Shown here in pieces: positions 1 to 12,240 of a DNA stretch of 64,000 nt; position 1 is the first letter of the stretch, and every line of letters begins with the position of its first letter. The DNA comes from the human T2T-CHM13v2.0 reference genome, Homo sapiens, in assembly GCF_009914755.1 (NCBI RefSeq), contig NC_060929.1, one strand, 5' to 3'. A program made the position numbers and the translations under genes. Under the pieces are notes generated by a model that was not told the DNA's origin, searched no databases, and saw nothing but the letters and a program-made list of their open reading frames with translations.

Positions 1-719
1 AGTAAAGATGGAATAGGAATCAGGACAGGGAATGTGAGGGAGAGAAAATGACAAAAATACAGTTCTTTCCCAGAGGAGGCTGACCTGGGCTTCAGTTGTC
101 CCCTTGGGCTCTCTCTAGCATAAGGTCATCATCGTCTCACTCCCCTTCCCAACCTCACCTCCCCTCAACCAACTGGTTCCCAACCAAGACTCTCACAGAG
201 AGTTTCTTAAGATGTTTGTGTTATTTGACTGAGCACACTTGAGAGCCACTAACCTCCCCGTCTTTTCTGTAGAATCTGCAACTCAGGGTTCCATGTGGGA
301 GTCAGCAGTCTGTGAATAGTCATTTCATATGCGTTCTGACTTATCTGTGAGTCCCCGTTCCCTGTTTTTATAGCCACTGCTTGCCTTAATTTTACTCTTT
401 ACAAAATAATACAAGAAAGTACCAAGAAGTTTGGGATCATTTTATTAGCAACAAATGTCTGTCAATATTAATTTATCCCATGTGTGAAATATGAGTGAGA
501 TAAATGCCAAACTATTAAATTCAACTTAACAGGAACAGCAAAGAATGAACTGAAATTCTTGGCTGGTAGAGTAGCCACATTTTTCTAGCAGACTTGACCT
601 GCTGAAGTTCAGAGATCTGGAGTGAAAAACTTAACAGAGGTCGAGACAAGTACTGAATCTGGGAGGACACATTTCTCAGGATAAATTCGCCAGGATTTTA
701 GCGAGTGGTTTCTCCATTT

Positions 720-913
720 AGTTGCCAGACTTAGCAAATAAAAATATAGGATACCTAATTAAACTTGAAAAATAGCTTTAACTGCTGCATTTTGGTAATT
801 TATTTTAAAAGTAGTGGAGTACAGGACATTTAGGGAGTCCCAACAAAGTGAATACACGACACAGGACAAAATTATTAAATACCGGACATATATGTATGGG
901 TCACCTGGCAACT
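720..913. mobile_element. hAT-Blackjack-type MITE with MER53-like left end
   Basis: Terminal inverted repeats AGTTGCCAG (720) and CTGGCAACT (913). The start GTTGCCAGACTTAGCAAATAAAAATATAGGA matches my recall of the MER53 terminus. Confidence 0.55.
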
Positions 914-1099
914 CAATTTCTCCATCCACTTGCCATTAGTAGACTTGCATGGGCCCTGTAGTTGCTCAAGACCATTATGAGAAAGGCCTTCCTTCCAAAG
1001 TATGATCCAGGACCATCTTGAGAGACAATAGTTAACATCAGGATCATTTGGGAAATTTCAGGACAAATATTTGCATAACAACAGGCTTGATTTAGAAGA

Positions 1100-1465
1100 G
1101 AGGTTCTTAACCCTGGATGTACATTAGGATCACCTGGGGACTGGGTTGCCAAATTAAATAGAGTGCTCAGTTAAACTAACATTTCAGATAAACACAAATA
1201 ACTTCTTAATGTGTGTCCCAAATATTGTATATAATATGCACAGTATTTATATGTACACTAAAAAAAAATTTTATCTGAAAATCACATTTAGCTGGGCATT
1301 CTGTATTTTCATTTGCTATGTTTGACAACCCTAGATGGGTGGGGGTGGGTTAAAACATGCCCCTGCCTGGGCCACACCCCTGATAAATTCAATCACAGAC
1401 TAAGGGTGGGCCAGTTACGAATCTCTCCAGGTGATTCTGCTGGACAACCAGGGTTGACAGCCCCT
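1100..1465 (+). mobile_element. MER5-type hAT-Charlie MITE split by a MER53 insertion
   Basis: GGTTCTTAACCCTGGATGTACATTAGGATCACCTGGGGA (1100-1140) resumes after MER53 as TTAAAACA...CCAGGTGATTCTG...CCAGGGTTGA. Confidence 0.55.
1143..1332. mobile_element. MER53 palindromic MITE
   Basis: About 190 bp, GGGTTGCCA...GACAACCCT ends, internal mirrored arms TTTCAGATAAA / TTTATCTGAAA. Confidence 0.75.
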
Positions 1466-1499
1466 CCTCTGGAGTTTAGAACTGAGCATCTGTGTTCAC

Positions 1500-1592
1500 A
1501 TGGCCCACCTGGGATTTGTTCAAGTGCAGATGCAGTGATCTGGGGTGGGGTGTGAGGTTCTGCATTTCTAACAAGTTCCCAGGTGATGCTGT
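1500..1592 (+). mobile_element. MER5A-type fragment
   Basis: TCTGGGGTGGGG...TGCATTTCTAACAAGTTCCCAGGTGATGCTG is characteristic MER5A sequence. Confidence 0.75.
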
Positions 1593-2679
1593 CGCATAAG
1601 TCAGAGCACTTAGTTGTTTAACAAGCATTTCTGAGCTCTGAGGGTCAGAGTCAGGTGGGATGAGTGTAGAGGCCCACAGTCATTGAAGGGGTATAAGCTC
1701 CCCTCACAGTTCATGGCTGTTCGTCCGTGACAGGCGTTTGGTGCATTTTCCAGGTCTTTTCCTCACTAGCACTGCAGTGGGACCATGTGACATGAGCATT
1801 TCCTTGGCCCAGCTTGTCTCATAAGTTCCTAATGGTTTCCTCTTTGAGTAAACGATATACCTGGCTGCAAGGGGGAAACCCTATTGTGTATTTGGGTGTG
1901 TGTGTATTGTAGTGGAGGGAGGGTGATCAGAGAGCAATCCCTTCCCTTGAGGAGTTGTGCTCAGACACTGCCTGACCTAGCAGCCTCTCCTGGCCTGATG
2001 GAAGCAGGAGTTTGTTCTCTAGAAATAATCTGACCCAGAAAGCATTTTAGACCCCTTAGAGTAGCCATGATAGCCCTGCAGAAAATCATGAGATTTTTGC
2101 ATTGGTGCATATGTGTGGAATGAAAGGTGTGGGATGAATGTGGATATGCACATGGCAACGGAGCCATGGAAGGAAGTCAGGCAGGGTCCACGGCACCGGG
2201 TGGGCCCACTTCAGCTTTCTTATGTTACTGAGTGAAGTTCCAGAGGTGCTTGTTCCTCCTGTGTCCCAGCTCCTACTCCCGACTGCTTCATGTCTGTTGT
2301 ACACACACAAACACATGAGTGCACGCACACACATACAAACACACTTTTTCTTTCTTCGACTCTTAGAGAAGATCCAAAAGTTTAGGCCACTGTTAAGATC
2401 ACTAGGAAAATGCTGGCTTGTTCCTCTTGGGTTGTCTAACCAAGGTTATGATCTTTAAAGGAATACACATGAGCCAGTCACTAGCTAATGCTGTCAAGTG
2501 TGGAGACTGAAAAGTCATTCTGAAAGCTACCAGGTACTGCCATGTGCCAGAACCGCCCTCAGAATACTCCATAGAAATAGGACAGGGCAGGTCCTTATTC
2601 CCGTCCCTCCAAGGAGGCGGGACAGATTAGTTGGAAAAGCAATGTTGCCTGCAGAATGAGAAGATCTGATCCCATTTAA

Positions 2680-2850
2680 GTTTTGGGATCTAATAGTGAT
2701 GTGACTTTAGACAAGACACTTGAGTGGTCTGATTCTCCATTTCCTTCTAATAACTGGGCTAGTCATACTTGAAAGAGCTGCTGGGGGTTAATGAGAGAAG
2801 CTGCATGACAGCACCGAGCACAAGCCCTGGCACAAGGGAAGTGTAGATCC
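2680..2850 (+). mobile_element. MIR remnant
   Basis: GTGACTTTAGACAAGACACTT...CATTTCCTTCT...AGCACAAGCCCTGGCACA resembles the MIR core. Confidence 0.5.
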
Positions 2851-3562
2851 ATGTCAGCCAGTCCTGCCTACCGGGAGAGATGCCGATTCTTTCCACTATC
2901 ACTTCATGACCTTTGCCTCTCCATTTCTTATTCCCAGACATTTGCTCTGTGGCAAGAAGGCCGTAGAGAGCAGCAAAACTGCAGTTCAAAGAGAACTGCA
3001 AAGCCATGCATCAGCAGCCCAGCTCATGTTTATAAGGAATGGCATTTATAGCTGAGCATTTTCCAGGGTAGCATATTTCAATAACACAATACAAATCACA
3101 CCAAAATACCAGCACACACACACACACACCCCTTTAAAAAGTATTTACTCTCAATTTTATAAGAAGTTGACGGAACTGTTGAAAGAATGTTGAAATGAAA
3201 AGCCACTTCTGAAACACCCCTTCATGCGTTGAAACATTTTGGTGTGTTATTAGTATTATTCTTTTTAATCTGGAGGCTCTTGGCCACCCCCGCCTGCGTG
3301 ACGGAATGAGGAAATGCTCCCATTTGAAGAGCAGGAATATCACTGGTTATCCGCTCCATGAACATTTGTTGATTCCAAATGAATCATCACCTGTGAAAAT
3401 CAAGAAATGCCATTTACTGCTTAGACCCAACAGGATTGCACTCAGTGAACTAATTATTGGACAAAATGTGCCAATTGTTTCAGAGGACAGAGGTGCCCTG
3501 ATTTCTTTTTTTTTTTTTTTTTTTTGGTTTGTGATTTAAAAAAAAATCAGTTCAACTCCTCC

Positions 3563-3603
3563 TTTTTTTAACTTTTATTTTAGGTTCAGGAGTACATGTG
3601 AAG
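3563..3603 (-). mobile_element. Extremely 5'-truncated (~40 bp) L1PA 3' tip
   Basis: Reverse complement CACATGTACTCCTGAACCTAAAATAAAAGTTAAAAAAA is an L1PA 3' end. TCAACTCCTC flanks both sides (3552, 3604). Confidence 0.7.
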
Positions 3604-3859
3604 TCAACTCCTCACTTTTAAATGCTGCAAAGTGAGCAAACATTGACTAGTGTGGCCAGACATAGACAATGGTGTATTTGTGAGTAACGACCAAATTCAT
3701 ACAATCTACTGTAAATATATTTTCGTCTGTGTATATACATATATGTGTATATATGAGAATATTAATATAAATTACACATGTATGTATGTTAAATGCACTG
3801 CAAAAAATACATTCTCTCTCCATATTTGTATGTATGTACATATGACCACTCTCTGACCC

Positions 3860-4140
3860 CTAAAAATGAGGCAGTTAAAGAATATTTGATGACAAAGAGA
3901 AATATTAAAATATTAAGTTGAAAAAGTTTTGGAAACAATATCATATAGTATAATCCCATTTTGGAAAATTTATATGTATACACATATATATAAAACATGT
4001 GTAGAAAAAATGAGGATATATAACAGTATGTGACCAGTGGTTATGTCCATGCGGTGGAATTATTGGTGATTTGTTTTCTTTCTGCTTTTTTTTTTGCGTT
4101 TCTTCAATAAACATGTATTATTTTTATAGTCAGAAAAAGA
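3860..4140 (+). mobile_element. Old L1M (L1ME-like) 3' remnant
   Basis: TATAGTATAATCCCATTT...CAGTGGTTAT...GGAATTATTGGTGATTTG...AATAAACATGTATTATTTTTATA pattern. Confidence 0.55.
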
Positions 4141-4256
4141 TCCCATGACAAATGTGAATTATTGGTGATTTGTTTTCTTTCTGCTTTTTTTTTTTTGCAT
4201 TTCTTCAATAAACATGTATTATTTTTATAGTCAGAAAAAGATCCCATGACAAATGT
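4057..4256. repeat. Near-perfect tandem duplication (99 + 101 bp)
   Basis: 4057-4155 and 4156-4256 are identical except T10 vs T12 and one G/A at a CpG. Confidence 0.97.
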
Positions 4257-4529
4257 TATTTTTAGGAAATAAAATCGAAAAAACCTGGTCTTTTCTATGG
4301 CCTCTGCTCAGTAAGCTGCCCTAGCCTTGCAGCTTTTGCAGTGAGAACTCACAGTTTCCTTGACTGGTCTGGCAAAGGCTAAAGAGAGAAACCTCCAGCA
4401 AGTTGGCAGAGCTCAAAGAGTTACCTGCACAGCACTGCCTTGTCGGAGGAAGAAGTAGGGGCCTCATAACCTTTAGGCTTTGTATTTGAGGGTAGAGGCG
4501 TCCCTGAAGCCAGGAGGTGAAGCTCCAAA

Positions 4530-4958
<429 letters not shown>

Positions 4959-5452
4959 TCTGACACTCTGACCTCTCAAAGCAGAGTCAAAGAAAAACAT
5001 GAAGAATAAAACAGCACTGCTTTGAATGTCTGGTCTTCAGGAACACCACCCAAGTTGAGTTAACCTGGAAAATTTTCTTTCCTCCATAGAATTTCACACC
5101 ATTTCTCTTTATTAAAAACACAACGCAAACAATCTCAACAGTGCTGGAGGCTGGCACTGACATTCACTCAGCTCAGTGATGTCGTTTCTCTAGAGTGTGG
5201 CTCTGCAGGGGGACTTCTTGGCCAAGTACCCTTCTCATGGGGCCAGCTGTGGAATGCGTGCATCCCTTCTTTCAAAGATGCAGACATTTCCGAGCTGCTC
5301 TGGTGTTGGCAGTCCCTGGGAAAGGCTGTCCTATTCGCCAAGCTCTTGGCCCGAGAACATGTACCCTAAGATAATGTTTTTTGTTTTTCTAACTCAACTC
5401 CAAAAAGTACAATCAATAAAATGTACCTGCCTTGTTGGGTTGGTGCACTTCT

Positions 5453-5612
5453 AAAAAGGAAGAAGAAGAAGAAGAAAGAAGAAGAAGAAGAAGAAGAAGA
5501 AGAAGAAGAAGAAGAAGAAGAAGAAGAAGAAGAAGAAGAAGAAGAAGAGGAGGAAGAGGAGGAAGAGGAGGAAGAGGAGGAAGAAGAGGAGGAGGAGGAA
5601 GAGGAAGAGGAG
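5453..5612. repeat. Compound (GAA)n/(GAG)n homopurine microsatellite
   Basis: (GAA)6 A (GAA)23 followed by GAG/GAA mix; purine-only across 160 bp. Confidence 0.98.
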
Positions 5613-5779
5613 TCTGCATTTCATTCTGAATGCCTTTTAAGGAAACCAAAAATTTGAAACAGGAGACAAACAGGATCATTACTGACTTTTCAAGCGTTTG
5701 AAAGAAAGAGGCAGAAAATCATTAGTAAAGTCTCCTCCATGTCTGCTGATATTTTTGGTTTGCAAAATGTTGAAAACTG

Positions 5780-6300
5780 TATTTTCAATGGAAAACATAA
5801 ATATTTTAATAAATCGATCGTATATAAATATTTCATTTATGGAATACAATGAAAGCCTGCAGTGTGCTACACATTGCACGCGTTGCCTCCTGATGCTGGG
5901 GTGCGACTCTGTTTTAGCCATTCCCGAGGCCCTTGGGGTCCGCGTGGGCCTCCCGTGGCTGCCCTCTGCCTGCATTCCTTGCTGAGCTGCCGGCTTGTCA
6001 TCTCCGCGTGGGTTAACCGAGCTCCGGCACGCTGGCCTCATCGCAGCCTGCCCTGATTAATCTTGGTCTCACTCGACCCTGTCCCAGAAATGGCTTCTCT
6101 TATTACAAAGTATCATCCTACCTCAGCTGTTGAAACCCGGTCATTTCGCACCTGCTTCGATGAATTCTGAGCGACTTGTGTTTTTGATGAGCTGCTCACT
6201 TCATAAATTCACCCCTCTCCAGTTATCAGCACTTGGTCACCGCCTGAGTATGTCCTCGCTCAGCCTTCTCAGCAGCACCAGGAAGAGGCCTCTTTGAAAG
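5780..6300. promoter_or_regulatory. Candidate enhancer (unique, CpG-enriched)
   Basis: About 15 CpGs in 5875-6080. Adjacent AT-rich block has AAATCGAT, TTTATGG and ACAATG motifs; CTTTGAA near 6292. Confidence 0.3.
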
Positions 6301-8925
6301 CCTCTGCTTGCATTAAGATTCCCAACTAATGACTTTAAGTCTGTCTGAAAACTTGAAATACCTAACTGACAGAGGATAAAACTTAGATCCACAACTTGAC
6401 TCGACAGATACCAGTCTTTCCGTCATTGTCCCACATACCAGCAAGCGATCTGGAGCAGATAAAACGTAGAATTGAACATTTTCCTCAAATTAAAGTAAAA
6501 ATATGGCTTACCTTCTCACCCTTGCATAGGCATTTGTTTGTTTGTTTTTTTCTTTCATGAAATCACTGCCTACGTTTTCTTTTCCCTCTACGGATTTTTC
6601 AACACCACTAATTGCTGGAAATACCAAAATAACAGGAGCTCCAGGGCACTTCTGGCATTTTAGGGCCAGCTCAGACCAGGAAATACTTCGAGTTTGGTTA
6701 GGGAACCTGATCGCTCAAGGTTTCCAGCCCAGATAGTTTTGGTATCCGAACCCTCACCAGCATTGCTGAGACAATGCAGCCTTCCTCCCTTTGTCTCTTG
6801 CTGAAAAATGATCCTCTCAGGTCTGATTCAAAGGGATCGGTATCAACTCTTCTCTCTAGAGGAGCTTTGGCAATCTATGTGGTTTGTGGTATCTGATTAC
6901 TGGTGTGTGTTTATAGGTGGGCGTCTGAGTGTGTGTGTTCATTATGTACTGAGAGTGTTCAAGATCTTGCAAATAATAAACTCACTAGATTTACACCCAC
7001 AACCCCAGTGGAGCGTTCAAAAGGCAGGCAGTCACCCAAGCCGGCTCTTCTGTGATTCACAACCCCAGCGATCAACAGTTTGAGAACTCCTTTCCTACCC
7101 CTCAGGTGTCTTTTCCAGCTCCTTCCAGAGAAAACTGGAAAGGCTCAGACTCACACCTTGGGTAGAAAATGCCAAGCCTGGGAAAAACTCAGTCCTGAGT
7201 GTCTGTCTTCCCAAGCAAGCCCCTGACAGGGACCAGCCCCAGAAGCACCTCCAGGCTTAATCTCCCCACCCTGGCTATACTCTTAGCCCTCACTCTGCGG
7301 CCTCGCCTCCCCGCCGATGGAAGGAGGTGCACACTGATTAGGTGTCATAGTCATCACTGGGATCTGCTTCCTTTGTTTCAATCCAGGCTTCCAACTCTTG
7401 ACTCTGTCCATTTAGGATCCTTTGAGGACTTGCCTTTATGAGCTAAAGTGCGGTCCATCTGTGGGATTTTAGCTCAGAGTTGCCTCACTGTCTCCTCTTC
7501 CCTCTGGGGACTCAGAACCCACCCTCGGCTGCAGCTGCTGGGATGGGATTTTGATCACTTAGGTGGGATTCAGAGAAAGGAATTTGCTCCTTCTTCAACA
7601 TGAGAAATAACCATCCTCCTATTGCTGCTGCCACCACTGTTGGCTCTGGGCTTTGGAGACTTTGCCCTCCTGGAAACAGCTGCCCAGCTGGCTTCTTCCC
7701 CCAACTGTGGCCCTTCCCAGAGTTCCCTCTCCAGGAGGAGCCACCTAATACCGTCCCTTGGGGTTCACCAAGTCAGAGGTGGTCAGCACCGCAGTACCTG
7801 CCTTTGCCTCCATGGCCCCAGAGGAGCTAAGCTGGGGGGACAGCACTCATGGTTCTTCCCAACCCTGCCGGGTAGAATCAGCCAGCATCTCGGTCTTCCC
7901 CTTGGCTTCTCCACCCAAGTCCCAGTGTCACATGGTGGATCTTTCATTTTCATTCACCCAAAGAGCCACAGTTCAAGTCCTCTTGTAGGGGCTCAGCTCA
8001 ATATAATGAGCACAACAGGTTCACACCTTAAACTAGGCCTGGTGTGTATACCCTGACCCATTTCAAATAAGTTCAGGGTTCTTGCCTCTAGGAGAGTAGG
8101 AGAACTGCTGCCTATTCTCTACAAAATTGTTGTTTCTTCCTTGCTAGGCTGTTTCCCTAATTGGCCTCCCTTACTGCCGTAGCTGGGATATGCATGTAAG
8201 CAACCTCTGGGGCATATATCCCTGAGCTCTCCCACTCTTTTCTTCAGAAAAGGCTCAGACACATACTTCAGGCTTGACAGCAGAGATTCTCATGTGTCGC
8301 AGCACAGCACACTCACCTTGTCCCTCATTATACATGCATATTCCTTTATTCCATTCCTAGACGTTCCAATATGGTGGCTTTGACGTGGGCAGGGTGTCTC
8401 GATAATTAGCAAGCCACTCCCTCACCCAGGTGATTCTGATGCAGGTGGCTCATAGACATCATTTTGAGAAATGAGGCTTTACAGTCTTTGGATTACATCC
8501 TGGTTAAAAATAAATAATTACCAGGTAGTATTATTATCAAAATGATAAGTAGTTATGACATCCTGAGTTCCTGTGTTAATTGCCACTTTGGAGAAGTCTG
8601 AAATTCTTTTGGCTGAACTGCTATTATCTCTGCACTTGGATCTATGAATCCTGGGACTCTAGAGAGGAGACCAAACAGGTAGTAAGTGGTTAAAACCTGG
8701 CTACATGGATGAAATGAAATATTATCACATCATGCAAAAATGACAGACTATTTTTTCAAGGTATGTTTGGGGTTATCTGCCTGGAGTGTACAAAACAGGC
8801 ATTTAAAATCTCCCGAAGAGAGGACATCAAAGAGATGAATGGTCATCTTCCAGATCTACTGAAACTGTGATGAAGAAGCAACTGGTCAAGACTTGCCATT
8901 TGTATTAACATCTCATGGGCGATAC

Positions 8926-9632
8926 AGACAGTGACAAGTGTTTTTGAGGAGGTGGAGAAATTGGAGCCTTCATATATCACTGATGGGAATGTAAAACAGT
9001 GTGGGTGGCATGGAAAACAGCCTGGCAGGTCCTTAAAATGATAATCGCAGATTTACCACATAACCCAGAAATTCTACTCCGAGATGTCTACCCAAGATAG
9101 ATGAAAAGGTATGTCCACACAAAGCCTTGTATGTGAATATTCATAGCAGCATTATTCATACTAGCCCTAAAGTCAAAACAACCCAAATGACCGCCAAGTG
9201 ATGGATGGACAAACAAGATGTGATATACTGTACCATGGAATATTATTTGGCAATAAAAAGGAATGAAGTACTGATCTATGCTACAAGATGGAGAAACCTT
9301 GAAAACATTACGCTAATTTTAAAAGCCAATCACAAAAGACCTTCTGTTCTATGGTTCTATTTCTATGAAATGTCCAGAATAAGCAAATCTATAGAGACAG
9401 AAAGTAGATTAGTAGTTGCTTAGGGCTGTGATTGGTGGGGATGGAGAGTGATTATTAATGGTACATTTCTTTGGGGGGTGATGAAAATGTTCTAATAATA
9501 GATGATGGTGATGGCTGTGTAACTCTGAACATACTAAAAAAACATTTAATTTTATATTATACTTTAAATGGGTGAATTTTATAATGTATAAAATTACTTT
9601 AAATGAAATAAAGTAAAGCTACTTTTTTAAAA
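8926..9632 (+). mobile_element. L1MB/L1MC-type 3' fragment
   Basis: GGAGAAATTGGAGCCTTCATA...TTCATAGCAGCATTATTCATA...ATAGAGACAGAAAGTAGATTAGTAGTTGC...TTTAAATGGGTGAATTTTAT. Confidence 0.9.
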
Positions 9633-11789
9633 AGACACCATAGGTAGAAAAGAAATAGTCATCTCAATTGTAAGCCCAAAGTAAAAAAATCACAAGGGCA
9701 GATCCTTTAAATTGCAAGTGTCGATTTGAGGTAGAGCCGCTCCTGGGGGCAGCTCTAAAACCTTGGTGCAAGGTTTTTATTTAATGATGGTTAAAGATCC
9801 TGCCAAGCAATGCCAAGTTCACAGCTGGTCTAGGAGAGTGAGTTATCTGGTGACAGGTTTCCTGTACTGAGAGGCTCAATGTCTCTGAGTGCTTGGACCT
9901 CAGCGTCCCTGAGGGTAAGCACCCTCTGTAGCTTAAGCATACACTTTAGGGCAAAGTTTCAACAGTTCCATGCCGAGCTTAGAGACTTTCGCCTCTGACA
10001 TGTTAGCTAAATCTGGCACAGGCAACAAGCCATGATCCAAAGAGGATCTTTGTGAAAACTACATTTCTTGTATAAAAACCTTTTCATTTTGAAAAATTGC
10101 TCCTTGTCCACCTGCATTTGTAACTTTATTTGGGTCAGTTGGCTGGAAAATGGATGGAATTTTTCAACATGATCATTTTACAGCTTGAAAGATAAACTTT
10201 TTTTTTTGTTCTGCTTCAAATATTCCACTTGTTGCTAAGACTCTGCCAATGAAAGTTGAGCTTCACCTTTAGAATTATTTACACTGTCTTCTATAATTCA
10301 CTCTGGGTATTGTCATAACCTTAGACATGGAACCTCTAATTCAGCAACTTCATACTCGAGTTGTAACAACCTATTTTTGTTCCATCTCATGATGTTTCCC
10401 TACTCCTTTTCGAAGAACCTGAAAGAAGAGTCTAACTTCTTAGCCTCAGCCTTATTGCCAGACTGTGACTTTTGCTGACAACATTTTATTTTAATTTGAT
10501 TGATTAAAAATGAAATATTATTGCTGAATGGGATGTTAGGGAGCTCATGGTTTGATACCTTCATCCTACAGATCAGGGCAAGGCTTCTTTGGAAGGTTGT
10601 GACCAAGTCACAGAGTTATTTATTTCAGATCTTGGTTTGCTCGTCTTTAAAATGGGATAGATAACATTTTCCCCTTAGTATTGCTTCATTCATAAAATTG
10701 TTATAAGGATAAAATAAGATAATCTTTGTGGGTGTGTTTTGAAAAAACTGTCTAGGGAAATAGTATTTTTAACAAACACATGCAAAGTCAATTTTATTCT
10801 GAGAAGGTTATTATCTCCTCTCAGAAAAACTGAAATCCTAAGTGAAGTCACATCTTTAGAGTGGACACATATTGACCTAGTCTGAAAAATACTGTCTGAT
10901 GAGAATAGAAGAGTTAAATCATTTTTTTCATGTCCAGGAGGGAAGCTATATTTAATACACTGTGTCCACATATCTTTTAAATATTCATCACTTTGTAATT
11001 TTTAAATTAGATTAGTGTGTAAGGATTGGAGTATTGAGGGTAAAAGTTTGATTTTACCTTCAAAGTAAAGGTAAAATGATTTCCTAAATAGGAAGAAGAA
11101 GGCTTCAAGTGAAATTATGTTGCTACATCACCAATATGAGAGTTTCTTAAATCAGCCACAGGAAAGGTGTTGAGAGAAGGAGCAAGCTGATTTCAAAGAA
11201 TGATACTGGAAAACTGGAAATAGATGTAGATTGCTGACGAACAGGGGAAGGTGGGAAGATTTAGATGTGCTTGGTTTTGACTTGAATTGAGACAATGTTT
11301 CTAGGATTCTGTGACATTATGGCAGCAATGACAGATTTCCAAGGCAAGGCAATCATCTAAATTGTGTCAAAGGCACCCATAACTATGTGGGGTGATGTGT
11401 CTTAGGAGCGAAATCAGGCTGAAGAACTTTAGAAATACACAAAGGGACTTCCAGATAGAAAGCACATGCAATTAAATTGAATGCAGCTAAGACCGATACA
11501 TCCTTAAAAAGAAAAAGCCAGATAGATACTCCTGTCATGCTCATTGATGCTAGTTTGCCTTAGAGGACCAAGCAGGACTCAGAATGAACTGCAACTTTGC
11601 TTCCAACTAGGAGAGATAAATGCATTTGCACTGATAGATTTTCTGCAAAGTTGAGTGAGGTTTAGGACTAGACTGTTCTCTTTATATTAAAGCTCACAAC
11701 TAAAAATGTTTTCTCTTCAGTTTAAGTGAAGAAAAAACTTGGAGGTGCCTACACACCCCATCCTCTGAGAATGCCTCCTCTCCTCATCC

Positions 11790-12240
11790 TTAGGGTGGGC
11801 TTCTGTGCCATCTTTATGGTGTAACTTCTCCCTCACAGTCAAAGCTGGTTGGACCTCTGGTGGACATCCAGCCCAGGCTGAACCAATCAAATCTTTTTGA
11901 CTCAGAATGCAGAATCAGGAATCTAAGATATTGGCCAGATCTTGCTGAAGTTTTGAGCCAGACTGTAATGCACAATTGGGCCTTTGGTAGTCATATGCTT
12001 GGAGGAGCAGAGAGGCGTAATCAGGAAAGAAAAAATAGGATACAGATGTGCAGGCGAAAGCAGAAGCAAGAAGCTGTGAGCTCCTAGAGAGATGGGGAAA
12101 CTGACGGGTTCTGACAGCTTTACAGTTTCTAGTCTAATTCTTTGTGAGGCGCAGTTAAACTTCCTGGCCTGAGATTCACACATTTGCTTAAGCTAGTTGT
12201 GGTGGGTATTTATTATCTTCAGCTTAACAAGCCTCAATGA
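11790..12240 (+). mobile_element. Old ERVL-type LTR remnant (LTR16/LTR33-like)
   Basis: CCAGGCTGAACCAATCA near the start and TTGCTTAAGCTAGTT...GGGTATTT near the end. Confidence 0.4.

Noticed and set aside
5413-5679. Poly-E, poly-R and poly-L ORFs
   Set aside because: They are translations of the GAA/GAG microsatellite in different frames.
7100-8080. Several overlapping ORFs in GC-moderate sequence
   Set aside because: No recognisable protein. It may be an ancient LTR remnant, but I cannot assign a family.
9880-9930. Short hairpin GTGCTT..CCTCAG-CGTCC-CTGAGG..AAGCAC
   Set aside because: The stems are only 6+6 bp, which is expected by chance in 64 kb.
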